Shown: one piece after another, positions 10,010 to 18,665 of the stretch
Layout: every line of letters begins with the position of its first letter
Numbering within the stretch: the stretch's first letter is position 1
Assembly (NCBI GenBank): GCA_037142615.1
Contig: JBAXAI010000003.1
Coordinates: forward strand, 96,001 to 160,000
Direction of reading: 5' to 3'
DNA: 64,000 nucleotides
Source of the DNA: Spirochaetales bacterium
Lineage (GTDB): Bacteria > Spirochaetota > Spirochaetia > JABEVK01
The notes under the pieces: model-generated
What the model saw: only the letters and a program-made list of their open reading frames with translations
Database searches by the model: none
Told to the model about the DNA's origin: nothing
Made by a program: the position numbers and the translations under genes

Positions 10010-10314
10010 GATCTTTCGCGGGTCGACCGTCGAGACCCAGCCTTGGGCCCCAACAGTACCACCTCAAGGCCGGGAAGAGTCAGGGCCGCTGGTGTCCATT
10101 CCAGCACAGGCTTTTCGAGCTTGAGCCGCTCCTTGCTCACCAGCATAGCGGTCTCCCAAAGAGTGATCGCAGCCAACCGCAGGCCCTGTGTTTTTTGCGC
10201 GTCAGCGAGCCCCCGCAGAAAACTCGGCCGTGAGAGTTCGGAGTCCTGCCCCAAGAGCCTCACCCAGATGTGCGTGTCGAGTACCCACAGCCTAGCAGTG
10301 TCAGCGGTCGGCAT
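10010..10314 (-). pseudogene. VapC/PIN toxin remnant lacking its C-terminal catalytic part
   Basis: VLDTHIWV and AITLWETAMLVSKERL are present. Homology stops at LEVVLLGP and there is no DPADR motif. Confidence 0.7.
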
Positions 10315-10496
10315 TCCACGCCTCGCCAGTACCGAGAAGCTCATCCTCCCAGCGGACCGTCCCGGCCAAGTAACCGTAGGCGGGCAACTGGTTTGCCCCG
10401 TTTGGTGACGACCACCGACTGACCGCTCGCCGCAACCTCGTCAAGAGTTTGGAGGCAACGTGCCTTGAAGTCAGCGGAGCCATAAGGTATGACCAT
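10301..10496 (-). pseudogene. Phd/YefM antitoxin remnant with an internal deletion and frameshift
   Basis: ATG 10496 after AAGGA: MVIPYGSADFKARCLQTLDEVAASGQSVVVTKRGKPVARL. The tail YGYLAGTVRWEDELLGTGEAWNADR is in another frame. Confidence 0.7.
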
Positions 10497-10529
10497 ATAG
10501 TTTCCTTGTGACTATATCTCATGGTCATA
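10488..10529. promoter_or_regulatory. Putative TA operator (nested inverted repeats)
   Basis: TATGACCAT (10488-96) pairs with ATGGTCATA (10521-29). ATATAGT pairs with ACTATAT inside them. Confidence 0.5.
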
Positions 10530-10542
10530 AGGTGGCTGAGTC

Positions 10543-10740
10543 AAGCTAGGGGTTCCTGAGGTCCGCACCCCGGGCTTTCGCGAGGAATACCAGCAGTCGC
10601 AGCTGCTGCACGAGGGCCCCGCCAAGGGTTTGCTTCAGCGATCCCGGCTTATGGTCGACAATATCCAGACCGTCTCTGCCGACACCACGATGGCAGCGGT
10701 CAACCGCGCTGTGGCGCTTCGGTTGGGGTTCCCGGGCTAA
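10543..10740 (+). pseudogene. Collapsed copy of the DUF3018-MazF operon
   Basis: Reads VPEVRTPGFREE..QSQLL / GPAKGLLQRSRLMVDNIQTVSA / DTTMAAVNRAVALRLGFPG*. These match three separate segments of the intact operon at 11338-11873. Confidence 0.8.
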
Positions 10741-10752
10741 CCCCGGCGCCCC

Positions 10753-11034
10753 CAGGTTGCCAAGAATCACCTTGCCGGTAGGAGCCCAGTCACGGGCTTC
10801 GACCCAGACCTTTTCGGCCAGTTCCAGATCCCCTTTCTCGAGCAGCTGGTAGGCGTAGGCGGTCACCATGCCGGGATCGAGCTGGCGGATTTTCCAGGCT
10901 TCTTCAAACCAAGCGAGGGTTTTGACTTCGTCTTTGCGGGCAAAAGCGCGGTTGGCCAGAAAAAGGAACACCACCCCCCGGCGAAAATACAGCAGGCGCC
11001 CCAGCAGGGCAGCAACAATGAAAAAGATGTCCAT
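10753..11034 (-). pseudogene. Internally deleted, truncated paralogue of the TPR gene at 3652-4419
   Basis: FLFLANRAF.RKDE.KTL.WF...WKIRQL.PGMV..YAYQLL joins directly to EKGDLELAEKV..EA..W.P.GKVIL.NL, skipping about 80 aa. Confidence 0.85.
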
Positions 11035-11092
11035 GGGGGTTTACTCGCCCCGACCTTTGTCGGCAACCGGGTGCGAGTGCTATGGTAGTGGC

Positions 11093-11278
11093 ATGACACT
11101 GGAGTTTGAAGGCGAGGCCTTTGGCTGGCGCGGACCGGCGCCCTATCTGTTCGTGGCCATGCCCGAGGAGGCCAGCCGCCAGCTGAAATCGATGGCGGCT
11201 ACCGTCACCTACGGCTGGGGTTGCATTCCCGTGGCGGGGGACATTGTGCCGATCAGGTTGAGGATACTGGGAGCGTGA
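11093..11278 (+). pseudogene. DUF1905-like protein with an internal deletion
   Basis: MTLEFEGEAFGWRGPAPYLFV...VTYGWGCIPV joins directly to AGDIVPIRL. The central TSLFPKDG-type segment I recall for this family is absent. Confidence 0.6.
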
Positions 11279-11290
11279 CGACGTCGCCTC

Positions 11291-11329
11291 TTGACTGCAT
11301 TGGCGTCAGGTGCTACGTTACATGTAACG
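11291..11329 (+). promoter_or_regulatory. Sigma70 promoter with palindromic operator for the TA operon
   Basis: TTGACT-17 nt-TACGTT, overlapped by the palindrome CGTTACATGTAACG (11316-29). Confidence 0.7.
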
Positions 11330-11337
11330 GAGTAACC

Positions 11338-11550
11338 ATGGGCAAATCAACGGTTGAGCGAGTTCAGCGCCATCGCGATTCCCTGCGGGAGCGCGGTCTT
11401 CGGCCTATCCAGCTTTGGGTTCCCGATGTCCGTACCCCCGGCTTCCGCGACGAGTGCGAGCGACAGTCTCAGTCATTGCTGGGCGACACGGCCGAAGCCG
11501 GTGAACTCGCGTGGGGCGAATTGGTCGCCGAGCATGACGATTGGAAGTGA
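11338..11550 (+). CDS. DUF3018-family (MazE-like) antitoxin
   Basis: RVQRHRDSLRERGLRPIQLWVPDVRTPGF; overlaps the toxin start (GTGA). Confidence 0.85.
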   Translation: MGKSTVERVQRHRDSLRERGLRPIQLWVPDVRTPGFRDECERQSQSLLGDTAEAGELAWGELVAEHDDWK

Positions 11551-11873
11551 CACGGGGAAATCTGGTCACGGTGGTGGTTCCTGGGGAATACGGCAAGCCA
11601 CGCCCGGCGTTGGTGGTGCAGTCAAACTACTTTGCCGGGCACCCTTCGGTGAGCATTTTGCCGATCACCAGCGAGTTGCGCGACACCCCCTTGTTCCGGA
11701 TCGCTGTGGTTCCGGGCCCCGCCAATGGTTTGCTGCTTCCATCCCAGATCATGATCGACAAGCTCCAAACCGTTTCCGCTGACAAAGTGGGCCTAGTGAT
11801 CGGCAAGCTCGACGACACCACAATGGTATCAGTTACCCGCGCTGTGGCGCTTTGGTTAGGGTTCGCGGGCTAG
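11547..11873 (+). CDS. mazF: PemK/MazF endoribonuclease toxin
   Basis: RGNLVTV...GEYGKPRPALVVQS, LPITS, SQIMIDKL. Confidence 0.9.
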   Translation: MTRGNLVTVVVPGEYGKPRPALVVQSNYFAGHPSVSILPITSELRDTPLFRIAVVPGPANGLLLPSQIMIDKLQTVSADKVGLVIGKLDDTTMVSVTRAVALWLGFAG

Positions 11874-12084
11874 CGCTGGCTCACTTTGCCATCGAGCGAG
11901 AACACTTTTCCCAGCCCCGAGTAGCGTAGGAGCCCAACCAGTTGTCCCGAAGCTTTGGCCCGGGGAACTTGGTAGAACTTCGTCAGCGAAGAACAGCCGA
12001 GGTCTGTCCCTCCCGAACCCGCTCCCAAAACCGAACCCCTTCAACGGTGAGATCAGGGCGACGGTGCCGACGCACCTTACGCCC

Positions 12085-12109
12085 GGAGTTTTCGGTTCCC
12101 GAAAACTCC
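12085..12109. terminator. Perfect 11-bp hairpin downstream of ychF
   Basis: GGAGTTTTCGG-TTC-CCGAAAACTCC; no clear U tract. Confidence 0.45.
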
Positions 12110-12131
12110 AGTCAACCGGTCAGCCACTGGG

Positions 12132-13229
12132 CTATACATTGAATCTGAAATGCATGATGTCGCCGTCTTGCACCAAGTATTCCTTGCCCTCAATCCGCAG
12201 CTTGCCCTTGAGGCGGATTTCGGCCTCGGAGTGGTGCGCCATCAGGTCGTCGAAGTGGTACACCTCGGCCTTGATGAAGCCCTTTTCGAAGTCGCTGTGG
12301 ATGACACCGGCGGCTTGGGGCGCGCGGTCGCCGTTGTGGAAGGTCCAGGCGCGCACTTCGGTTTCGCCAGCGGTGAAGTAGGTGCGCAGGCCCAGGGTGC
12401 GGTAGGCGGTGTGGATGAGTTTGGCCAGCCCGGATTCGTCCATGCCGGCTTCGGCGAGGAACATTTCGCGGTCTTCCTCGGTGTCGAGGGCGGCGATGTC
12501 GGCTTCGAGCTTGCCGCACAGCACCAACAGTTCGGCCCCTTCGGCGGTAGCCACCTTGCGCAGGTCGGCCACGTAGGCGGGCTCGGTTTTCAGGCCGTCT
12601 TCGTCGACATTGGCCACGTAAATCATGGGTTTGAGGGTGATCAAAAACAGGTCGCGCACGGCGGCCTTTTCGTCGGCGTCGAGGCCCAGACCCCGCGCCG
12701 GCTTGCCTTGGTCGAGCCAGGCCTTGAGTTTTTCGAGCACGGGCAACTGGTGACTGGCTTCTTTGTCTTGCGCGCGGGCGAGCTTTTCGACCTTGGGAAT
12801 GCGCTTGCTCACCGACTCCAGGTCGGCCAGAGCCAGCTCCAGGTTGATGATCTCGCGGTCGTCGAGGGGATTCACGCGGTTTTCGACGTGTTCGATGTCG
12901 GCGTTCTCAAAACAGCGCACCACATGCAAAATCGCGTCGACGTTGCGGATGTTGGCCAAGAACTGGTTGCCGCGGCCCTTGCCCTGGCTGGCACCTTTCA
13001 CCAAACCGGCGATATCCACAATCTCAACCGTGGCGGGCACCAGCTTTTGCGGCGGAATGTACTCGGCGATCTTTTTCATGCGCACGTCGGGCACGTCGAC
13101 GATGCCGATGTTGGGGTCGATGGTGGCAAACGCGTAGTTGGCGATCAGCGCCTCGGCCCGCGTCAGCGCCGAAAACAGGGTGGACTTGCCCACGTTGGGC
13201 AGCCCGACAATACCGCAGTTAAGACTCAT
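12132..13229 (-). CDS. ychF: Redox-regulated ATPase YchF
   Basis: GIVGLPNVGKSTLF, ANYAFATIDPN, DIAGLVKGASQGKGRGNQFL, TGS tail EGKEYLVQDGDIMHFRFNV. Confidence 0.97.
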   Translation of the reverse strand: MSLNCGIVGLPNVGKSTLFSALTRAEALIANYAFATIDPNIGIVDVPDVRMKKIAEYIPPQKLVPATVEIVDIAGLVKGASQGKGRGNQFLANIRNVDAILHVVRCFENADIEHVENRVNPLDDREIINLELALADLESVSKRIPKVEKLARAQDKEASHQLPVLEKLKAWLDQGKPARGLGLDADEKAAVRDLFLITLKPMIYVANVDEDGLKTEPAYVADLRKVATAEGAELLVLCGKLEADIAALDTEEDREMFLAEAGMDESGLAKLIHTAYRTLGLRTYFTAGETEVRAWTFHNGDRAPQAAGVIHSDFEKGFIKAEVYHFDDLMAHHSEAEIRLKGKLRIEGKEYLVQDGDIMHFRFNV

Positions 13230-13439
13230 GGGCGCGAGTGTAGCGAAAACGAGGCAGCGGGGGGAAGCCCCCCTGGCTCGCGATGAGGGAGGAACTGCTC
13301 TACCACCTGATGCGCTCGCAAAGAATCGGGTTCTGCGACAGGTTTGAGATTGAGCGAGTAGAGGAGGGAATCAAGCCTGCTGTGGACCTGTTTGTGGATG
13401 AGACGGGCCGCTGAAGAGACATTCCTGTTGAGAAGGGTG

Positions 13440-13841
13440 TCAGGGTTCTTGCACCTGAAGGTCACGGAAGTACTCCCGGTAGTAACCTCGGTCGCGCGCT
13501 AGCAAACAGTCTGCGCAGAACCTTGCATGGGCGGCCACGAGGAAGTCAGGGACAACCCGTTTTGAAGTGCCACGGTTCCTGAGGTAGGCTTTGTAGGTCG
13601 TTCCGGCAAGGTGTGCGGCCTGTTGTGACGAGGCGACAAACTCCAAGCCGTTGTCAGCCAGGAACTCCGCCACTTCGTCGGCGCTGGCCAGAATCGGGCC
13701 CAGTTCGGCGACCACGGTTTCGCCAACCACCAATCGCCCACGCAAACGGGCTTGGCGCAGGGCCTCCTCCGACGCCTTCCCAAAAACTGGGTCGTCGAGA
13801 AGGATGTCGAGCAACACCGAAGTATCGACGGCAGTGGTCAT
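13440..13841 (-). CDS. vapC: VapC/PIN-domain toxin
   Basis: MTTAVDTSVLLD, VVAEL, VPDFLVAAHA, LLARDRGYY. Confidence 0.88.
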   Translation of the reverse strand: MTTAVDTSVLLDILLDDPVFGKASEEALRQARLRGRLVVGETVVAELGPILASADEVAEFLADNGLEFVASSQQAAHLAGTTYKAYLRNRGTSKRVVPDFLVAAHARFCADCLLARDRGYYREYFRDLQVQEP

Positions 13842-14062
13842 TCCCGGGTGCTCGCCAGATAGTCGGCTCCCGAGGCAAAGCCTTCGGGTAACTTGCCCCG
13901 ACCGCGCCACCGGGCCGCTGGGTCCGATGCGGAGCGTTTTTCGAGCATCAGGCGCCCATCCACCTCGGTCACTTCCAGCTCCGCACCGGCCTTGATGCCC
14001 AAGCTAACACGAAGCGCTTTTGGAAGTGTGATCTGCCCTTTTTCGGAAACGACGGTTTTCAT
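13838..14062 (-). CDS. AbrB/MazE-family antitoxin (VapB)
   Basis: MKTVVSEKGQITLPKALRVSLGIKAG; overlaps the toxin start. Confidence 0.88.
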   Translation of the reverse strand: MKTVVSEKGQITLPKALRVSLGIKAGAELEVTEVDGRLMLEKRSASDPAARWRGRGKLPEGFASGADYLASTRE

Positions 14063-14068
14063 ACATTC

Positions 14069-14097
14069 ATGGTAGGAATTCCTACAGTCCAGGTCAA
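14069..14097 (-). promoter_or_regulatory. Leaderless-type promoter with palindromic operator
   Basis: TTGACC-17 nt-TACCAT-6 nt-ATG. Palindrome GTAGGAATTCCTAC at 14072-85. Confidence 0.7.
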
Positions 14098-14186
14098 GTG
14101 ATGGTTCGCCGCAAGCTCGGCAAGTAAAGGGCCACTCGCGCAAGCAAAACCTCGTCAATCTCTGTTAGGGAAGGTACAATGGAGGC

Positions 14187-14795
14187 ATGAGGAACATGGG
14201 AATCCCCGTACGAAAGACCGACCAGCATTACACCTACCGCGACTACCGCCAATGGGACGAGGACGAGCGGTGGGAGCTTATCCACGGCGTGGCCTACAAC
14301 ATGAGTCCGGCACCGAGGATCCCGCATCAGGGGATCTCGGGCGAGATTCATCGTCAACTGGCAAACTTCCTCAAAGGCAAACCGTGCACGGCCTTTCTGG
14401 CGGCGGTGGACGTGTTCTTTCCGCCGTTGCGCGAAATGGACGAAGATGACGTGGACACCGTAGTGCAGCCCGATGTGCTGGTGGTCTGCGACAAGACCAA
14501 GATCCGCAACAACGGCATCTGGGGAGCACCCGACCTCGTGGTCGAGATTTTGAGCAAGTCGACCAGCCGAAAGGACCAGCACGAAAAGTTCGACCTGTAC
14601 GAGCGCGGTGGTGTGCGCGAGTACTGGATCGTTGATCCCAACGGCATGTGGCTACAGCAGTACATCCGAGAAGCGAGCGGTAAGTTTGGCGTCGAGGTCA
14701 CCTTCGAAAAGACCGGCAGACCGGCCAGCACCGTGCTGCCGGGGTTCGAACTCGATATGGACGAGGTGTTCTTGGCCGGCGAACTGGGAAATTGA
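14187..14795 (+). CDS. Uma2 (DUF820) PD-(D/E)XK endonuclease
   Basis: WELIHGVAYNMSPAP..PHQ, VQPDVLVVCD, GAPDLVVEILS, YERGGVREYWIVDP. Confidence 0.92.
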   Translation: MRNMGIPVRKTDQHYTYRDYRQWDEDERWELIHGVAYNMSPAPRIPHQGISGEIHRQLANFLKGKPCTAFLAAVDVFFPPLREMDEDDVDTVVQPDVLVVCDKTKIRNNGIWGAPDLVVEILSKSTSRKDQHEKFDLYERGGVREYWIVDPNGMWLQQYIREASGKFGVEVTFEKTGRPASTVLPGFELDMDEVFLAGELGN

Positions 14796-14804
14796 GCTCG
14801 GAGG

Positions 14805-15668
14805 CTAGGTTGCCAAATCCAGCGGCAAATCTGAAATGTCCTTCAGTCGCTTTCCACCGATCAGGATATCGAGCATCGACAAGGCTTCGTCATTGTTGAG
14901 CTTCTGGGCCGCTGCGACGAGTTCGTACAGGGCGAAGTGATACACGCAGTCCATGTCGCCAGTGCCCAGGGCAATCGAGGACAAACGACTGGGCGTCGGT
15001 TCTCCCGTCACCAGCACGATGTGCGGTGTCCGGCCCTTTCGGTTGCGAATCAGGTTCAGCGCCTCAGAACGGGCGTTCTGGGCACGATCGCTTCGGAGCG
15101 TCCACTTGGTGGAGACGCTCGCATGGAGGAGCGGGAGTTTGCCGGGGCCGTCGCGCAGGTCAGCCGCCTTGGCGACATCGCCATCGACCAAAAAAGTTGA
15201 GCGGTTGAACTGATCATCCGTGACCAGTTCGCGGGCGACGATGATGTCGGGTGAGATCGAGTACTCGTTCCCCAACGAGGCCGCGAGGGCCTTGTTCTTC
15301 GAGAGGACGTCGGCGATCTCGCGGAGGTGGCTATACTGACCGAACTGGGAGATCTCGTTGCCATTACGGCTTCCCACCTGAAAGATCCGCCAGCAGCCGG
15401 GCCGAAACTCGGAAAGTGCCGTGAAAGACTCCTTAAGGAAGGCTTCCACAACCTTCTCGAAGTTGTTGCCCATGTTCTGTCCCGCAGGTTTCGCCTTTTC
15501 CTTCGCACCAAGTGAACGGGCGACTTCGAGTGCAAGAAAGCGGGAGGAGTTTTGGCTCGCATCGGCGTTGGTGGCGATGCCGTCGGCAATGCTCAGGACC
15601 GATTCACACAGGGATAAGTGAAAGTTTCTTCTGGCTTGGGCGATGATCGATTCTTTGGTCGTCGGCAT
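14805..15668 (-). CDS. NgoMIV-family type II restriction endonuclease
   Basis: ISPDIIVAR and LHASVSTKWTLRSDRAQNARSEALNLIRNRKGRTPHIV...EPTPSRLSSIALGTGD, the NgoMIV signature. Confidence 0.9.
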   Translation of the reverse strand: MPTTKESIIAQARRNFHLSLCESVLSIADGIATNADASQNSSRFLALEVARSLGAKEKAKPAGQNMGNNFEKVVEAFLKESFTALSEFRPGCWRIFQVGSRNGNEISQFGQYSHLREIADVLSKNKALAASLGNEYSISPDIIVARELVTDDQFNRSTFLVDGDVAKAADLRDGPGKLPLLHASVSTKWTLRSDRAQNARSEALNLIRNRKGRTPHIVLVTGEPTPSRLSSIALGTGDMDCVYHFALYELVAAAQKLNNDEALSMLDILIGGKRLKDISDLPLDLAT

Positions 15669-16590
15669 GTTCGAGAGCCTCCCGGATGGATTGAGCGACT
15701 GCGGCGGCAACGGGTGGCGGGAACGCGTTGCCCACTTGTCGATAGGCAGTGGTCTTGCCGCCAGTGAACTTCCACTCGTCGGGGAAGCCTTGCACTCGGG
15801 CCGCCATCCTCACGGTGAGTCTCGGATTGCCTTCAAAATCTGCATCAGGCGCGGTCTCGGCAAGACTGCTACCGTTGACGCCAAGCTCCAGCCACGCCTT
15901 CCGAGCGCGGGTGGGCCCAAGATCTGGCCCACCATGCTTTTTGCTGCCGCCAACAAGAGTTGGGGCAATGGTTTTGGCTCCAAGCTTCCAGTCTGTTGCG
16001 CTCTTCCACCCCCGCGACTCCATCAAATCAAACAGCAATTCACCCACGGAGGGCGGTTGCTGCGAGAGTTTGTCGGGCCATCGAAAGTGCGCAAAGTCCG
16101 CGGGCCGCATAGCCACCAAGATCACCCGAGGACGCAACTGGGAGACACCGAAGTCGGCGGCGTAGTGCAGCTTCCACTCCGATTCGTACCCCATCTCTTT
16201 GAGGCGTAATGAAATATGCTCACGATAACTCTTGAACTTCGGGTCGAGCAACCCTTTGACATTCTCGAGCATGACGGCGCGTGGTTGGCACTCTGAAACC
16301 AAGCGCAGGGCCTCGGGGAACAAGTCACGTTCGTCATCGACACCGAGCTGTTTCCCAGCCATCGAAAAAGGAGGACAAGGAACGCCGCCGGCGAACAAGT
16401 CGATTCCTTCGTAGCGGTGGGCCCGAAAACCCTTGACGTCGCCTTCGATCACGTTCCAGTCGGGCCGGTTGTATTGCAGGGTGCGGCAGGCGTCGGCGTC
16501 AATCTCAACCAAGGCCAAGTGCTCGAAGCCCGCGCGCTCCAGCCCCAAGGCCTGACCCCCGGCCCCGGCGCAAATCTCTACTGATGTCAT
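15604..16590 (-). CDS. DNA (cytosine-5) methyltransferase, partner of the NgoMIV-like endonuclease
   Basis: GGAGG RBS. EICAGAGG, GGVPCPPFS, MLENVKG, QLRPR, YRQVGNAFPP. Confidence 0.93.
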   Translation of the reverse strand: MTSVEICAGAGGQALGLERAGFEHLALVEIDADACRTLQYNRPDWNVIEGDVKGFRAHRYEGIDLFAGGVPCPPFSMAGKQLGVDDERDLFPEALRLVSECQPRAVMLENVKGLLDPKFKSYREHISLRLKEMGYESEWKLHYAADFGVSQLRPRVILVAMRPADFAHFRWPDKLSQQPPSVGELLFDLMESRGWKSATDWKLGAKTIAPTLVGGSKKHGGPDLGPTRARKAWLELGVNGSSLAETAPDADFEGNPRLTVRMAARVQGFPDEWKFTGGKTTAYRQVGNAFPPPVAAAVAQSIREALEHADDQRIDHRPSQKKLSLIPV

Positions 16591-16673
16591 CGCGTCCTCC
16601 GGTATCCGTTGTTGGTCAGGATACTCAATCTCCCTAACAGCGACAACCTTGGCTTTGCTTGAGCTTTTGCGCC

Positions 16674-18656
16674 CTAATCCCGAAAATTCGGCAGAATTGC
16701 CCCCAGGATCTCGCGGGTGATGGCGTACAGCGGCGGAATGCCCTCTGCGGGCAACAGGGGGGCCGAAAGCCTTTCGCCGGCCTGCAGCGGCACATCGCTG
16801 ACGTAGTAGAAGTACCGCTGGACGACCGCCGGATCGAGCACGCCGAGCTGGATGCAGTCGGTCACTTTGCGCGAATAGTACACCCCTTCCATCTCGAGCC
16901 CAATGCACTTCCACAGGTTGCGGTAAAAGTGCAGCAGCGGGCGGTTTTGCAGCAATGTTCCTTCGACGGTCAGCAGCGGCCCCACGTGAATTTCGCTGCG
17001 TCTCAGCCTTGCGGCCAAACCATCGAGCGGCGGGGGAGCGGGCAAAGGATGGAACGCGTCGTCCGACTGCAGTACAAAGGCCGTCGGCACCAAAATGTCG
17101 CCGCGCTTGCCCACCAGCGAACCGGCCTTGCCGAGCACATTGACGCTGCGGATGTGCTTGTGGAACAAGGTGATGAGGTTGTAAATGATCTCCTCGGCCT
17201 GCTCACCAAACGCATAGTCGATGTTGACCAGGAACTTGCGTGTTCCCTTGTCGTAGCCCAAGGCTGCGGTATCGATCAGTTGCACCGCGATGCCCGTGGT
17301 CGACTGGTCGTCGAGCCGCAAGATTCCCCAGTCGCGCTCGTCTTCCGGCTTGGCCACCCTCTCGGGGTGGGCCACAAAGAAATCAGCCAGCAGGGCGTAG
17401 AGCTTGTCGCGCGGGTTCTCCCACACCGCCGCCAAAAACGGATGCCGGGTGGCCTCGGCCCAAGCGAGCACTTCGGCTTCGAGCCGCCGCGGCCAGGGCG
17501 AAAGGCAGTTGGTCACCGAATGGGTGTTGCTCGACACGATGTGCACTTCCCAGTCGTCCGGGAACTCCCACGGGTCCACGTCGGTCAGGTCCTTGATAGC
17601 GCGGCTGACTTGGTTGGCCCACTTTTCGCTGCGGCGGCTGTTGTAGTTGTTGAGCTGCCGTTCCACCTGAATGGCCAAGTCCTCGTGGTGGAACACGATC
17701 TGCACGAGCCGTTCGAGCATCTTGTTGCCCCACAAGGTCTTCAGGCCGTTGCACTCGGCGTCGCTGAACGGCAGGTCGCCGGCGACTTGCCCAGCATCGC
17801 GCTGCTGCACCAGTTTGAGCAACAGAAGCGGATCGTGGAGCCGACGGCGGATCTTCTGCGCCTCGATAGAGTACAGGCAGAGGTTGGTCAGAAAGTCGAG
17901 GATGTCGGAAAGACCATTGCGGAGCAAAACCATGTTCTTGCCCGGGAGCATTTCCCAAACGTCGCGGCGCCGTGCCACGGTAGCGATCTCGGGAAAAAGC
18001 TCCGACGGTGAGGCATACAGGGCCGGGATGTCGTCGGTGAAGTACCATGCGAAGGTTGTGGTCAGGTTGTCGGGTAGGCGCCGGATGGCGTAGCTGAAGG
18101 CCTCGACGTCGAGAGCGTCGAGGTTGGCCAGCCCGGGGTGTAAGGCCGGCTCGAGCGTGCGGTACAACTCGATCAAGCGAGGCAAGTTGAACCCGCCTTG
18201 CGCCAACGAGCGGGCCACCTCGGCCGAGAAGTCTTCCAGAGGCAAAAAGATGCCGTGTTTGTCGCGCAAGATGGTGCCAAAAGCCTGCGCGAACACGGCG
18301 TTGGCCCGGATAAGCTCCAACAGACGCTCGCCAGCGAGAACCCAGCAACGCACCTTCGTCACAGCCCGCGCTCCGTTGACCCTACGCTGTTGGAGCAGGG
18401 CGGCGCGCTCGCCGAAGTAGTGCCCAGCACGTACCAGGTTGCTCGGCTTTACGAACGGGCTGTCTTGGTAGATCAGCTCCACTTGCCCTTCTTCGAGCAG
18501 GTAGATTCCGGTCGAATCGTCACCCTGAGAAAAGAGATCCTCCAACGGGATGGCCTCGATGCAGTCGAGCTCGGCCGTCAGGCGGTCTTTTTCGGTGGAA
18601 GACAGAAAGCGGAACGGCACGACGAGGTCGAGCAGGCGACGCGGGTTTTTTGTCAT
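16674..18656 (-). CDS. cNMP-binding domain fused to a DUF6909-type nucleoside phosphorylase/nucleosidase-like domain
   Basis: N-terminal LFSQGD...IYLLEEGQV...GHYFGERA...RR. C-terminal DYAFGEQA, LGKAGSL...GDILVP, GPLLTVEGTLLQN, GLEMEG, YVSDVP. Confidence 0.8.
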   Translation of the reverse strand: MTKNPRRLLDLVVPFRFLSSTEKDRLTAELDCIEAIPLEDLFSQGDDSTGIYLLEEGQVELIYQDSPFVKPSNLVRAGHYFGERAALLQQRRVNGARAVTKVRCWVLAGERLLELIRANAVFAQAFGTILRDKHGIFLPLEDFSAEVARSLAQGGFNLPRLIELYRTLEPALHPGLANLDALDVEAFSYAIRRLPDNLTTTFAWYFTDDIPALYASPSELFPEIATVARRRDVWEMLPGKNMVLLRNGLSDILDFLTNLCLYSIEAQKIRRRLHDPLLLLKLVQQRDAGQVAGDLPFSDAECNGLKTLWGNKMLERLVQIVFHHEDLAIQVERQLNNYNSRRSEKWANQVSRAIKDLTDVDPWEFPDDWEVHIVSSNTHSVTNCLSPWPRRLEAEVLAWAEATRHPFLAAVWENPRDKLYALLADFFVAHPERVAKPEDERDWGILRLDDQSTTGIAVQLIDTAALGYDKGTRKFLVNIDYAFGEQAEEIIYNLITLFHKHIRSVNVLGKAGSLVGKRGDILVPTAFVLQSDDAFHPLPAPPPLDGLAARLRRSEIHVGPLLTVEGTLLQNRPLLHFYRNLWKCIGLEMEGVYYSRKVTDCIQLGVLDPAVVQRYFYYVSDVPLQAGERLSAPLLPAEGIPPLYAITREILGAILPNFRD

Positions 18657-18665
18657 GCCCTCAGT

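Noticed and set aside
11880-12080. Possible DUF559 nuclease remnant on the minus strand (RRPDLTVEGVRFWERVREGQ ... RDNWL)
   Set aside because: The similarity is too short and broken to call without an HMM search.
13283-13414. 43-codon ORF MREELLYHLMRSQ...
   Set aside because: No recognisable family and no clear RBS; possibly another remnant.
4440-16660. Integron cassette array, prophage or IS as the explanation for the accessory block
   Set aside because: I saw no integrase, transposase, attC-like repeats or terminal repeats, and gene orientations are mixed.
1643-18656. Calling the cyclase and the cNMP protein a Pycsar system
   Set aside because: They are 13 kb apart, and the cyclase has ATP-type specificity residues and membrane domains unlike PycC. 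Kept only as a weaker hypothesis.
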